From an uncultured Verrucomicrobiae bacterium (GTDB lineage: Bacteria > Verrucomicrobiota > Verrucomicrobiia > Limisphaerales > Palsa-1400), in NCBI GenBank assembly GCA_963702845.1, contig OY969763.1:2112001-2176000 (forward strand): a DNA stretch of 64,000 nt, read 5' to 3'. The notes under the pieces were generated by a model, which was not told where the DNA came from, did not search any database, and was given only the letters and a program-made list of their open reading frames with translations. A program made the translations under genes and the position numbers. Positions 19,948-30,600 of the stretch are shown piece by piece; the first letter of the stretch is position 1; every line of letters starts with the position of its first letter.

Positions 19948-20378
19948 TGGGCGGAAAGAAGGAGTATATAATTATATAGTTAGGTGTCTTGTCGCATGTA
20001 TGAGCCAGCAGATGTCACTCGAGCAAAAAGAGCTATATCAACGCGTTGATGAGGTGTTGCACTATTTGTGGGACCCCATTGGCGTCTCCGACGTGCCCGA
20101 AGCTCGTGACGAGTATCATGCGTATTTGCCGCAGGTATTCTCTCTACTCGTCCGGCGAGCCAACGCACAGGAGATCATTGATTTTCTTGACCACACTGCG
20201 ATAGAGACGATGGGTCTTTCCGACACTGAGCCGGGTCGCGAACGTTCCAAGGAGGTCGTCAGCACTTTAGAGAATTGGCGAGAGGCTATCCGTGAGCGTT
20301 ACAACCGAAACACTTAACGAGCGCGCTGGAGGCAAGGGCGGGGTCGCCGTTCTGTGGCATGCTGCACGCGCCCGCGGC
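19948..20378 (+). mobile_element. Integron-like remnant: attI-like site, one gene cassette and truncated attC, no integrase
   Basis: AT-rich run ending in core site GTTAGGT (19979-19985) just before the ORF; inverse core ACTTAAC (20312-20318) contains the stop codon; attC-like left arm follows but no right arm. Confidence 0.55.
20000..20317 (+). CDS. Small hypothetical cassette protein (WDPIG...DEY motif, DUF1871-like)
   Basis: EVLHYLWDPIGVSDVPEARDEYHAY; 105 aa. Confidence 0.75.
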   Translation: MSQQMSLEQKELYQRVDEVLHYLWDPIGVSDVPEARDEYHAYLPQVFSLLVRRANAQEIIDFLDHTAIETMGLSDTEPGRERSKEVVSTLENWREAIRERYNRNT

Positions 20379-20385
20379 GGCTGTT

Positions 20386-20459
20386 ATGTCGCCCCGCTGG
20401 GGCTGAAAAAAACGATCAGGATGGTCATTTTCTATAGACATGCCGCTCCTCTGGAGCTG
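20386..20459. repeat. Pair of REP-like hairpins
   Basis: ATGTCGCCCCGCTGGGGCTG (20386-20405) and CATGCCGCTCCTCTGGAGCTG (20439-20459). Confidence 0.6.
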
Positions 20460-20525
20460 TCGGCATCGTTGCCTTAGTGCAATTTTTTGTTACTCAGGCG
20501 TCCGGAGCTTTTCCCGGGCGGGACT

Positions 20526-21674
20526 TCATTTCGGGCTTTTGAGGAAGGGATACTTAAATTGGTTCATATATCCTTGCGGCACCGGATGGCCGGAGATGCC
20601 GTAGCCGCTGGGCCATTTTTCTTTTGGCAAATGGTGGGTGCCAAAGAGGCGATCCAGTAGCGGGAAGTGGATGGCGAAGTTGACGTCGACAGCTTCGGCT
20701 TCGATGCCGTGATGCCAATGGTGAAAACGGGGGGTGACGAGGATTTTTTCGATAAAGGACAGACGCCAACCGAGGTTGGCGTGGACGAATGTCGAATAAA
20801 CGTAGACGAGCAAAATGTAGCTGTGCATTGCGACATCGGTGAAGCCGAGGGCCATTATCGGTATGGCGGTCATGCTGCGTAACGCGAAGATTTCGAAGAA
20901 GTGCATTCTCGCGCCCGCCATCCAATCCATGTTTTGGGCGGAGTGATGGACGGCATGGAATTTCCAAAGCGCCGGGATGCGGTGGAATGCGCGATGGACC
21001 CAGTATTGCACGAAGTCGGTCAGGAACATGATGGCGATGAATTGGACAACGAACGGTAAAGATCCGACGAACGCGCGGAATCGAGTCAGCGGAGCCAAGG
21101 CGACGATGGCCTTCGCCGGCATGAAGGTCAGGAAGGTGAGAATCTGGACCATGAGGCTGCTTACCAGATAGTAGAAAAGGTCTTCGCGCCATTCTGAACG
21201 GAAGATGTGTTGCTCGGGTTTATTTGGAAAAATGCGTTCGATCGGAACGAAGATCAAGCCGGTGAAGAGAACGTTCAGGACGAACCAATCGAGACCGAAG
21301 AATATGGGGGCGTGGCCATTTTCCAGGGCGGTGCTGCGCGAACCACCGATGACGGTGGCAAGGATTACGGCTGTGACGCCGCATGTGCCAAGGACTTTTC
21401 CGCGACGCAAAACGAGGCTGAGTAAGGCGAGTGCGAACGCACCAATGAGCAATACGTGCAAGCCAAGTCGAAACCAGTGGTTGTCCTGAATCTGACGGGT
21501 TTCAGGCATGGTCAGAAGGTTGGGCATGCGCATGGACAGAACCATCAGAAGTCCGCTGATTCCGAGAACGAGCCCTATAACGCCACTAATCCAGCCGCTG
21601 CCGAATCGGCGCAGGGCTGGAGGAGCTTCGAGTTCTTTGCGGATGTGCAGTCGTGCTTGGTGAATGGGAGTCAT
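20526..21674 (-). CDS. Sterol desaturase / fatty acid hydroxylase family membrane protein
   Basis: His boxes YWVHRAFH, FHAVHHS, FVHAN, PRFHHWHH and LDRLFGT. Confidence 0.9.
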   Translation of the reverse strand: MTPIHQARLHIRKELEAPPALRRFGSGWISGVIGLVLGISGLLMVLSMRMPNLLTMPETRQIQDNHWFRLGLHVLLIGAFALALLSLVLRRGKVLGTCGVTAVILATVIGGSRSTALENGHAPIFFGLDWFVLNVLFTGLIFVPIERIFPNKPEQHIFRSEWREDLFYYLVSSLMVQILTFLTFMPAKAIVALAPLTRFRAFVGSLPFVVQFIAIMFLTDFVQYWVHRAFHRIPALWKFHAVHHSAQNMDWMAGARMHFFEIFALRSMTAIPIMALGFTDVAMHSYILLVYVYSTFVHANLGWRLSFIEKILVTPRFHHWHHGIEAEAVDVNFAIHFPLLDRLFGTHHLPKEKWPSGYGISGHPVPQGYMNQFKYPFLKSPK

Positions 21675-21844
21675 GGTTGCGGTCGCGAGTATGGCGATTT
21701 CATGGCGCGAGCAAAGTTTTTTTGGTGAACGGGTGGGTTGCGTCACACAGGGCGATTACAGGGTGTGTCGCCTAACGCCGCATTGATTTTGTTGCCTCTT
21801 TCAACTGGTTGAAATCCGGCGAACCTCGCGTAGGTTGCGGTGGG

Positions 21845-22321
21845 ATGAAAAAGAGATTATTGATTCTCGCGGACTTGGGCCATTTGAAAATTTATCGACT
21901 TCTCTACAACGCTCCGGGATTGAAACCAAAATTTGAACTGATCACGAATTTCAGCACGCAGGAGGCTTCCGGTCGATTACGCGATAAAATTACTGACAGC
22001 CCTGAAACCTTTCGTGGTGATGCCGGCATTGGCGAAGGCATTCGCTCCTCGGGTGAACGGCATAATATCAAACTGGAATTTCATCGTCGTGCGATAAAGG
22101 AAATCGCGAAGGAGATTGGTGACGTCATTCGCAATGAGCCGGATCTTGAAGAGTGTCTTTTTGCAGCGGGCAAAGAGATTCACAACCAAATTATCGAACA
22201 CCTTGCACCACAAGCGCGTGGCAAAATTATCGCGCATTGGCATGAAGATTTGACGAAAGTGCCCAATGGCGACCTGGTGGAACGGGTCGAGGAATGGGAA
22301 AAGCAGGCGGTGGGGGCGTAA
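21845..22321 (+). CDS. Host-attachment family (baeRF-like) protein
   Basis: LILADLGHLKIYR N-terminus and EDLTKVP C-terminus typical of this family. Confidence 0.6.
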   Translation: MKKRLLILADLGHLKIYRLLYNAPGLKPKFELITNFSTQEASGRLRDKITDSPETFRGDAGIGEGIRSSGERHNIKLEFHRRAIKEIAKEIGDVIRNEPDLEECLFAAGKEIHNQIIEHLAPQARGKIIAHWHEDLTKVPNGDLVERVEEWEKQAVGA

Positions 22322-22395
22322 AGTCGCAAGAAAACAAATTAGCGAGTGTCAAAGAATACGCTTGAGCGGCGGACAAAAAAAATTACTGTTACGCC

Positions 22396-22698
22396 ATGTC
22401 AAAGGTAAAACACATTGCCCTGCTAAAGTTTAAAGATGGCACCTCGGAAGAGCAGATTAATAAACTGTTCGATGAATTGCTTGATCTGTCCGAAAGCGTT
22501 GACGGTATCGAGGATTATGTTTCGGGCGCCAATATTAGTCCGGAGGGCAAATCCAACGGTCTCACCCACGGCTTCATTATGACGTTTTCCGATGCAGCGG
22601 CGCGCGATGCTTATTTGGGCCATGCCGAACACCAAAAGTTCGAAGCCAATGCAGCGCCGGTCGTTGATTCGGTGGTGGTGGTTGATTTCGAGGTTTAG
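22396..22698 (+). CDS. Dabb / stress-responsive A/B barrel protein
   Basis: VKHIALLKFK, GANISPEG, THGFIMTF, RDAYLGHAEH, VVDFE. Confidence 0.9.
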   Translation: MSKVKHIALLKFKDGTSEEQINKLFDELLDLSESVDGIEDYVSGANISPEGKSNGLTHGFIMTFSDAAARDAYLGHAEHQKFEANAAPVVDSVVVVDFEV

Positions 22699-22712
22699 TT
22701 CATTTCACCTTT

Positions 22713-22770
22713 GTAGGAGGTAACGGGTCTCGAAGTTTTCGAATCAGAGACTCGTCATCACGTCTCCTAC
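22713..22770. repeat. GTAG...CTAC REP-like element
   Basis: GTAGGAG at 22713 pairs with CTCCTAC at 22764-22770; inner GTCTC/GAGAC stem. Confidence 0.5.
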
Positions 22771-22788
22771 GGAATAAGGTAGAGTGTC

Positions 22789-24597
22789 ATGAAACGCACC
22801 CATCATTGCAACGAACTTCGCCTTTCACATAGCGGACAGACGGTAACGCTGTCCGGTTGGGTGCATTCGCGCCGCGATCTCGGCGGATTGATCTTCATCG
22901 ACATCCGCGATCGCGAAGGCCGCACGCAAACGGTTTTTGATCCGTCGGATTTGCCGAAAGAACTTTTTGACCGCGCGGCATCCTTGCGGAGCGAGTGCGT
23001 CATCAGTGTTACGGGCAAGGTCCGTAACCGTCCGGAAGGCACGAATAATTCGAAGATTCCGACCGGCGAGGTAGAAGTTGCCGTAACCGAATTGGACGTC
23101 TTGAACATGGCGGATGTGCTGCCGTTCCCGGTGGATGATCCCGAGGTGTCGAGCAAGGTTAACGAGGAGCTTCGCCTGAAGTACCGTTATCTCGACCTGC
23201 GCCGCCCTGAAATGGCGCGCAATATGAGGTTGCGCAGCAAGGTCGCGACGGCGGCCCGTGTGTTCTTCGATGAACAGGGGTTTCTGGAAGTCGAAACGCC
23301 CATTCTTTTCAAAAGCACGCCGGAAGGTGCGCGCGAGTTTCTGGTCCCGAATCGACGTGATCCCGGAACGTTCTACGCTTTGCCGCAGTCACCGCAGCAA
23401 TTTAAACAGATCTGCATGGTCGGCGGCATCGAGCGCTATTATCAACTCGCCCGGTGCTTTCGCGATGAAGATCAACGCGCGGATCGCCAACTTGAATTTA
23501 CCCAGGTCGATATCGAGATGAGCTTCATCGAGCGCGAAGATATTTACGCGCTGATTGAAGGTTTGCTCAAACGCGTTTGGAAAACGGCGTTGAACATGGA
23601 TATTCCGACGCCGTTCAAGCGGATTAGCTTTCAGGAAGCTTTGAATCGTTGGGGTGTGGACAAGCCGGACACGCGTTATGGCTTGGAGCTTGTCGATTTC
23701 ACCGAGGAATTTCGCGCGAGCACATTCAAAGTTTTCAGTGGCGCGATTGCGTCCGGCGGCGTGGTCAAGGCGATGAACGTCAAAGGTCTCGCCGATGCGA
23801 CGCAGGGTCAGATTGAAACTATGACCGAATACGCCAAGAGTTTTGGCGCGAAGGGGCTGGCTTATATCAAGGTGGAGAAAGGCGAATGGAAATCGCCAAT
23901 CGTTAAATTTTTCAACGACGCGGAAAAGGCGGCGTTGACGCAAAAATTGCAAATCCAAGAGGGCGACTTGATTCTCTTCGCTGCGGATCAATGGCTGAAT
24001 GCTTGCGAGATTCTTGGCAAAATCCGCGTTTATTGTGCGGACGTGCTGAAGTCTCAAGGTAAGCTGACCATTCCGACAGACCGTTTCGATTTTCTGTGGG
24101 TCATTGATTTTCCGTTACTCTCGTTTGATAAAGAACAGAACCGCTGGTATTCGAGCCACCATCCGTTTACGGCGCCGGTGGCCGAGGATGTCCCGTTCTT
24201 GAAGACTGACCCGAAGAAAGTTCGCGGCCAGCACTATGATATCGTGGTGAACGGTGTTGAACTCGGCGGTGGTTCAATTCGTATTCACCGACCGGACGTC
24301 CAGAAAACGGTGTTCGAAGAAGTGCTGCAGATTCCGCCGGATATGGTGAAGGAACGATTCGGTTATATGCTCGAAGCTTTCCGTTATGGCGCGCCTCCGC
24401 ATGGCGGTATTGCTCTTGGTTTCGATCGTCTGATCGCGACCCTTTGCAATACTCCGAGTATCCGCGACGTGATTGCGTTTCCGAAGACAGCGAAAGGGGT
24501 TGACCTCATGACGGAGTCTCCAGCCGCTGTCGAACCGAAACAATTTCGCGATCTTTATATCGAACTGCGGGTTCCGAAAAAAGAGCCAGCGAAGTAA
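22789..24597 (+). CDS. aspS: Aspartate--tRNA ligase
   Basis: RRDLGGLIFIDIRD, RLKYRYLDLRR, KSTPEGAREFLVP, YALPQSPQQFKQ, CFRDED, YGAPPHGGIALGFDR. Confidence 0.98.
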   Translation: MKRTHHCNELRLSHSGQTVTLSGWVHSRRDLGGLIFIDIRDREGRTQTVFDPSDLPKELFDRAASLRSECVISVTGKVRNRPEGTNNSKIPTGEVEVAVTELDVLNMADVLPFPVDDPEVSSKVNEELRLKYRYLDLRRPEMARNMRLRSKVATAARVFFDEQGFLEVETPILFKSTPEGAREFLVPNRRDPGTFYALPQSPQQFKQICMVGGIERYYQLARCFRDEDQRADRQLEFTQVDIEMSFIEREDIYALIEGLLKRVWKTALNMDIPTPFKRISFQEALNRWGVDKPDTRYGLELVDFTEEFRASTFKVFSGAIASGGVVKAMNVKGLADATQGQIETMTEYAKSFGAKGLAYIKVEKGEWKSPIVKFFNDAEKAALTQKLQIQEGDLILFAADQWLNACEILGKIRVYCADVLKSQGKLTIPTDRFDFLWVIDFPLLSFDKEQNRWYSSHHPFTAPVAEDVPFLKTDPKKVRGQHYDIVVNGVELGGGSIRIHRPDVQKTVFEEVLQIPPDMVKERFGYMLEAFRYGAPPHGGIALGFDRLIATLCNTPSIRDVIAFPKTAKGVDLMTESPAAVEPKQFRDLYIELRVPKKEPAK

Positions 24598-24616
24598 TCG
24601 AAATATTTCACGAATT

Positions 24617-24662
24617 AAAAAAGGGCGAAGGCTTCGATGAAGTCTTCGCCCTTAAGTTTTTT
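24617..24662. terminator. Bidirectional intrinsic terminator between aspS and the giant gene
   Basis: AAGGGCGAAG...CTTCGCCCTT stem flanked by an A run and a T run. Confidence 0.75.
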
Positions 24663-24679
24663 CCAATTAGCGGTCCGCG

Positions 24680-27600
24680 TTAGTTTCCTTGCAGCAGGAA
24701 CGCACCGGATTGTGACGGCGTATAGAAGTAGCCGCGGACTTCGTTCAAACTCGGTATCAAAATCGCTTTGATCGGCGTTACCGTCGCGCTGCCCGGATTG
24801 AGAAATGATCCATTCAAGTAGCCTGCCGATTTGTCGAACGTCAGCTTGAATTTATCGACACTGGTGTCGGCGAAGAAAATGTTGTTGGTCGACATCGCGT
24901 AAACGCCCACTTCATCGCCGAATAGGTTGCCGTTCGAGCAGGTCACGGTGCCGTTGGTGCTGATGACTGGCACGCCGAACTGGAAGGGCACGCTGACGCC
25001 AGATTCAATGGAGAACGTATTCGTGAAGCCGGCGGGGTAATACGTCTTGTTGTTGTTTGTCTTGATGAGGCTGATTCCGTCCGGTTGCACCTGAAGCGGT
25101 TGGGTATCATTGGTCACAGTGACCCAGCCAATCATCGAACCTGCCCCAGAGTAAAGCGGCACATATAACGGCCATTGGCCATTCTTCGAAAGGGCCATCG
25201 TTTGCGACAGGATCGTGCGATCCGGCAACGATCCGGAGAGCGAGAGGCGGTTCGCCGCAGTGACTGTGACCACGCCAATCGCATCGCCGCCCATGTTCGC
25301 GACGCCATCGCCATTGCCAATGAACGCGACGTTAAATTTGCCCACAGTTCCGATTGGAGCAGTCGTCGGAGTCCGATCGCCGAGTAACGTTGCATCCCAC
25401 GTTCCATCCGTTACATCGCCATTGACTTCGTCGCTGTCGCCCAGAAGATCGACTTCCAGGTCTGCGGTGAGACTGACTTTGCCGGTACGTTTGACTGTGA
25501 TGTGCGCGTCACCGTTTGTGTCGAACAAACCGCTCATCGGATATGTGCCACCGCCGGTCTTCATGCTCCCGCTGAACGTGCGTGAGTAGCCAAGTGTGAA
25601 CGTAAAGAAGCCCGAACTTGAATGACTGACGCCCGCGTCTTCATAAAACAATCCATTGTAAGTGCCGGTGATGTGCCGGAAATTGTTCGTGGTGATCGCG
25701 ATCGAAAACGCATTGGTGCCGCTGACGTTCACTCCGGCGTTGGCGGTTGTTCCACTGTCCTTCAGGCAAATGGTGAAGTAGTTCGTGCCGACATAGGCGA
25801 GGGCAGGGCGGAATTTCAGAGTGCCGTTCTTATCGATGGCCGGCTGCGTCGTGAACGCCGCTTTATTTGTGCTGCCGATCACGAAGGTTAAAGTTTGCGC
25901 TACTTCATTCGCCGGGCCGGCTGAAATTGACGTGCAGAAATTGCTGACTGTAATGGTGCTCGAATCTTCCAGCGCCGAAATGTCAGGCGCAGGAATATTG
26001 AAACTCGGCGGGTCGTCGATTGCAGTGATGTTCACGTGCACAGTCGCAATCGTCGTGTCTTGTCCATCGCTCACCAGCAATTGAATCGAAGCAGCTCCGT
26101 TCGCATCAGGTGCAGGCGTGAGTGAGATGAAGAAATTTGTGCCCACCGGCCCGGTTATACCGATGTTGGCCGTCGGGATAATCGATTCGCTCAACGAGAT
26201 TGCCGTGACGCTGATGTTCTCCGGTGCGTCATCCGCATCAGTCACCGTGATCGTGATATTGGTGGTGGAGTCCTCGAGCATGGTGACCGTCGGAATCGTT
26301 TTTACGACGGGCGCCTTATCCACACGCAAGACGACGATCGATAGGATTTGTCCGGCGGATAGGTTTACACCACCGCGGGCCGTCGTGGCGCTGTCTTTCG
26401 CGTAAACAACCAGATCGTTGGTGCCTTTGAAATCAGGTGACAATTTGAACGTTAATGTCCCGGCAGCCGAAATCTTCGGTTGCGTGCTGAACGCGCCGGG
26501 GTTCAGGTTGGTGATAACAAAACTGTTCGTCTGCGCCGTTTCATTTGTTGGCCCAACGCTGCTGGACGTAATCAAATGCGCAAAGGTGAATGCCGGCGCA
26601 CCCTGAATCAGCACAATACGATTGGTTGCCATCGTAAAGGTCGGCGGGTCATTGACCCCTTGCACAGCAATGGTGACAGTTGCCACGGCCGATGTGACAC
26701 CTGCGCCATCAGCGATAAATGCAAAGCTATCCGCTCCGAAATAATTTGTAGCGGGTGTGTAGATCATGCTCGGCGGTGTGCCGGTGAGCGTGCCATGTGC
26801 GGGAGATTGAGTGATGGTAAAATTGAAAATTTGCGGGAAGAACGCATTGTGGGCGCCCAGGACAATCGACGTCACGTGGTCCTCGCTCATTGTGACGGTC
26901 TGGCTCTCAGCTACCGGCCCGGTGTAGGACAGGACAGAAATGTTGCTGGCTACATTATCCGCAACGATGAGAGCGTTGAGATTGAATGCGCTGCTGAATT
27001 TTCCGCCGAACATTGAAATCGGCCCCGGTCCTACTGCGATTGTTCCACCGGTCAAGTAAGACCCTGTGCCGTTATTGAAGAATAAGTCCACCGTGCCGCT
27101 GCCTGAGTTGAGCACGGCCAAATCCGAAATCCCGTTCCCATCCAAATCGCGCAGGAAGAAGTCGATTGGATGCGTCCCAACGTTGTAGTTGGTGCTCATC
27201 GTATAAGTGCCGTTAGATTGCTGTAGGAGGATACTTAACGTGTTCGATCCATAGTTAACCACCGCGATATCCAAACGACCGTCACGATTCACGTCGGGCG
27301 TTACCACACGAATCGGCTTTGGATTCCCACCAGGGAACAGCGTGATCGTTTGAGCAGAGCCGAATGTGCCACCGACTTGTCCAGGAAGAATCGTGACCGT
27401 GCCCGAGGTGTAGTTTGCCGTGATAATATCCTGGCGATTGTCGCCGTTCATGTCAGCGACGTGAATCCACATTGGCTTGGTCCCCACGTTGTAGGTCGTC
27501 GGAGACGTGAATCCAAAGGCTGAAGTTCCAAGCAAAACACTCACCGTATTATCGACCGAGTTCGCGACAATCAAATCCTGATGGCCGTCGCCATTTAAGT

Positions 27601-30600
27601 CGGTGAGGAAAATTGCGGAAATCCCGGAATTCGGCGAAGCGCTCGTGATGTAATTTACTCCAGTGGCGAAGTTTGTTCCGTGCGCACCCGTGCTCATCAT
27701 TACGGTCACCATATTGGTATCAGCGTATGCAATCACCAGGTCTTCATAACCATCGCCGTTTAAATCCGCCGAACGAACCGCCACAGGATGCCCCGCCACG
27801 CTGTAAGTGGTCGTCGCGCCAAACGTCCCGTCATCGTGCGACAACCGGATCGTAATTGTGTTGTCGCTATAATTGCCGACGACAACGTCACGGGCCGTTG
27901 AAGCGGCGCGGAAATTGCCGACCCAAATGCTATCCGGCGTTCCACCGATAGAGTCGCCGACGCCATAGGCGGCAAACGGTTGGACCGTGCCGGTCATTGT
28001 AAGAGTGTCGCTGATCGCGTTGGTAAACCCGGGCGCGCTCGCCGCAAGTTGCTTGTCGCCGAAGGCATTGATTTGCAAGTTGGTGAACGTCGCGACGCCG
28101 TTTCCAGCCGTGCTCCCGGCATCAATCGTTGCCGTTCCAAACAAATATCCAGTACCGGTAGCAATGGAAATCGTAACTGGCAAAGTCGACGGGATGCCAC
28201 TGGCAATATTCCCGAAGGCGTCCGTAGTTTGCACTATCGGTTGCGTGCCAAAAATATGGCCGGCCAACTCAGACGCGGGTAATTGCGTGAAGCTCAAATG
28301 TGTCGCCGGACCTGCAATAACCGTCACCGGATCAGAAACGGCATTCACACTGGAGGCGGTAAACTGCAGATTCAACACAGTCGCATTGAAGTGCGTCAGA
28401 TTCGTATACGTCACAATACCGCCGACCGCAGTCATCGTCGTTGTTCCGCGTAATGTGCCCACGCCATTGATGCGGCTGGCAGTGACTTGCGTGGTATTGT
28501 CCGTCGTCTCGAGATTGCCATAAGCATCCATCAACCAGACAACCGGCTGCTGTGGGAATAGTTGGCCAGCGGTGATCGGCGAACTCGGCTGCAAATGGAC
28601 CAACAGCTCGGCCAATGGTCCTGGAGCGACCTGAATGGAAGTAGATGTCACCGATGTGAGTCCCACACTGCTGAAGGTGAGCGTCATTGAGCCCGCAACG
28701 GTTTCCGCAATGTCAGTAAACGTGAACACGCCGTTCACAGCGGTAATAGTGGTTGTGCCCACCAATGTGCCGCCAGCAGTGCGCGTCACCGTTACTTGCG
28801 TGACGTTATCACCGGTGCTGATGTTTCCGAACGCATCCCGAACCGAGAGAATCGGCTGTGATGAGAAGACCTGACCAGCGATTGCAGTGGCAGCCGGTTG
28901 TGTGTCGATCAGCAACCGCGAACCAGCTGCGGGCCCAACGTGAATTGTGTCCGAAGTCACCGCTGGGAAAGAGCCGCCGTTAAAGTCCAATTGCACATTT
29001 GCGGCGAAATCGAAATAGATGTTGGTGAATGTCACGATGCCGCTTGCGGCAGTGATTGTCAGCGTTCCTTCGATTCCTGTGCCGCCACCGTGCAACGACG
29101 CTGTGACCGCTGTGCTGTTATCTTCCGTAATCGTATTGCCATAGTTGTCGGCAATTTGAATCACTGGTTGATTGGTCAGAATATCGCCCGCGGTCGCATT
29201 GGTGGAGGGTTGTGTTTGAATAACCAATTGTGCGGCGCTCGCATGGGCAACCGGGAAGGTGGAACTCGATACGCTTGTTAAGCCGCTCGCGCTCGCCTGC
29301 AATTGTTTGCCAGTTCCGGCTGCATCGATTCGCAGATTGGTAAAGCTGACCGAGCCGTTTCCATTGGCTGTTCCGATGTCAAGCGTCGTCGTGCCTTGTA
29401 ACGGTCCTGTGCCCGATTGCAGCGTCAATGAAATCGGCAAGCTCGCGCCTAAACCAGACGTTGACGCATTGCCATATGCATCATACGAACGCACCACTGG
29501 TTGAGCACCGAACACGGAACCTGCCGTCGCCGACCCCGGTTGAATTGTAAATGCGAGGTGATTTGCGTTCGCGGGATTGATCTGGACCGAACTCGAAATT
29601 GCGGTGCTCAGGCTGCCGCTGGAGAACAGAATCGTGATGTTGCCTGCGACAGTGTGGAACAGATTAGCAAATGTCGCCACGCCGCCGGAAGCAGTCACGG
29701 ATGCCGTTCCCTGCAATGTTCCCGCGCCGCTGCTGCGAACGGCGGTCACAACGCTGGAATTATCCGAGGTCAGAACATTGTTATATTGGTCCTGAATTTG
29801 AATAACCGGCTGAGTGACAAATGCCGTTCCGGCTGTTGCGACGGATGACGGTTGAATGGCAATCGCGAGGTGATCTGCTGCCGCTGGGTTGATCGTGATC
29901 GAGCTCGAACGCGCGCCTGTCAAACTGCCGCTCGTGAAATCCAAAGTCATCGTCGTTGCTTCCGTCTCGCTCAAGTTCGCGAAAGTCGCCACACCGCTCG
30001 CCGCAGTGGCGCTCAGTGTGCCTTGCAAGGCACCACTAAATGTGCGCGTCACGACCACAAGAGAACTGTTGTCGGATGTAACGATGTTATTGAATGAATC
30101 TTCAATGGCGACGATTGGTTGCGGCGAGAATGTTTGGCCGGCGATAGCAGTGGCGCCCGGCTGCGTCAAAATCACCAGCTTCGAAGCGCTCGTCGGACTG
30201 ACGTTGATGCTCGTCGACGTGGCCGAACCCAAACCGCCGCTGCTAAACGTAATCGTAATCGTGTTCGCCACGTTATGCGACAGGCCGGCATATGTCGCAA
30301 CACCACCGACTACCGTGACGTTCAGCGTACCTTGCAACGTACCCGAGCCCGCATTGCGCGTCGCCGTGATGACCGTAGAGTTATCCTCGGTAATCAGGTT
30401 GCCGAACCCGTCTTCAATTCGAACGATCGGTTGTTGAGCAAAGGCAACACCAGCGGTCGCGCTGGAAGAGGGCTGTTGCTGAATTGTCAACGTCGACGCA
30501 GCTGCATGAGCGACAGTGAAGACCGAACTTGAAACGCCGGTCAAACCACCTGCGCTCGCGCTCAGTTGCTTATTATTTCCAGCAACATCGATGCGCAAAT

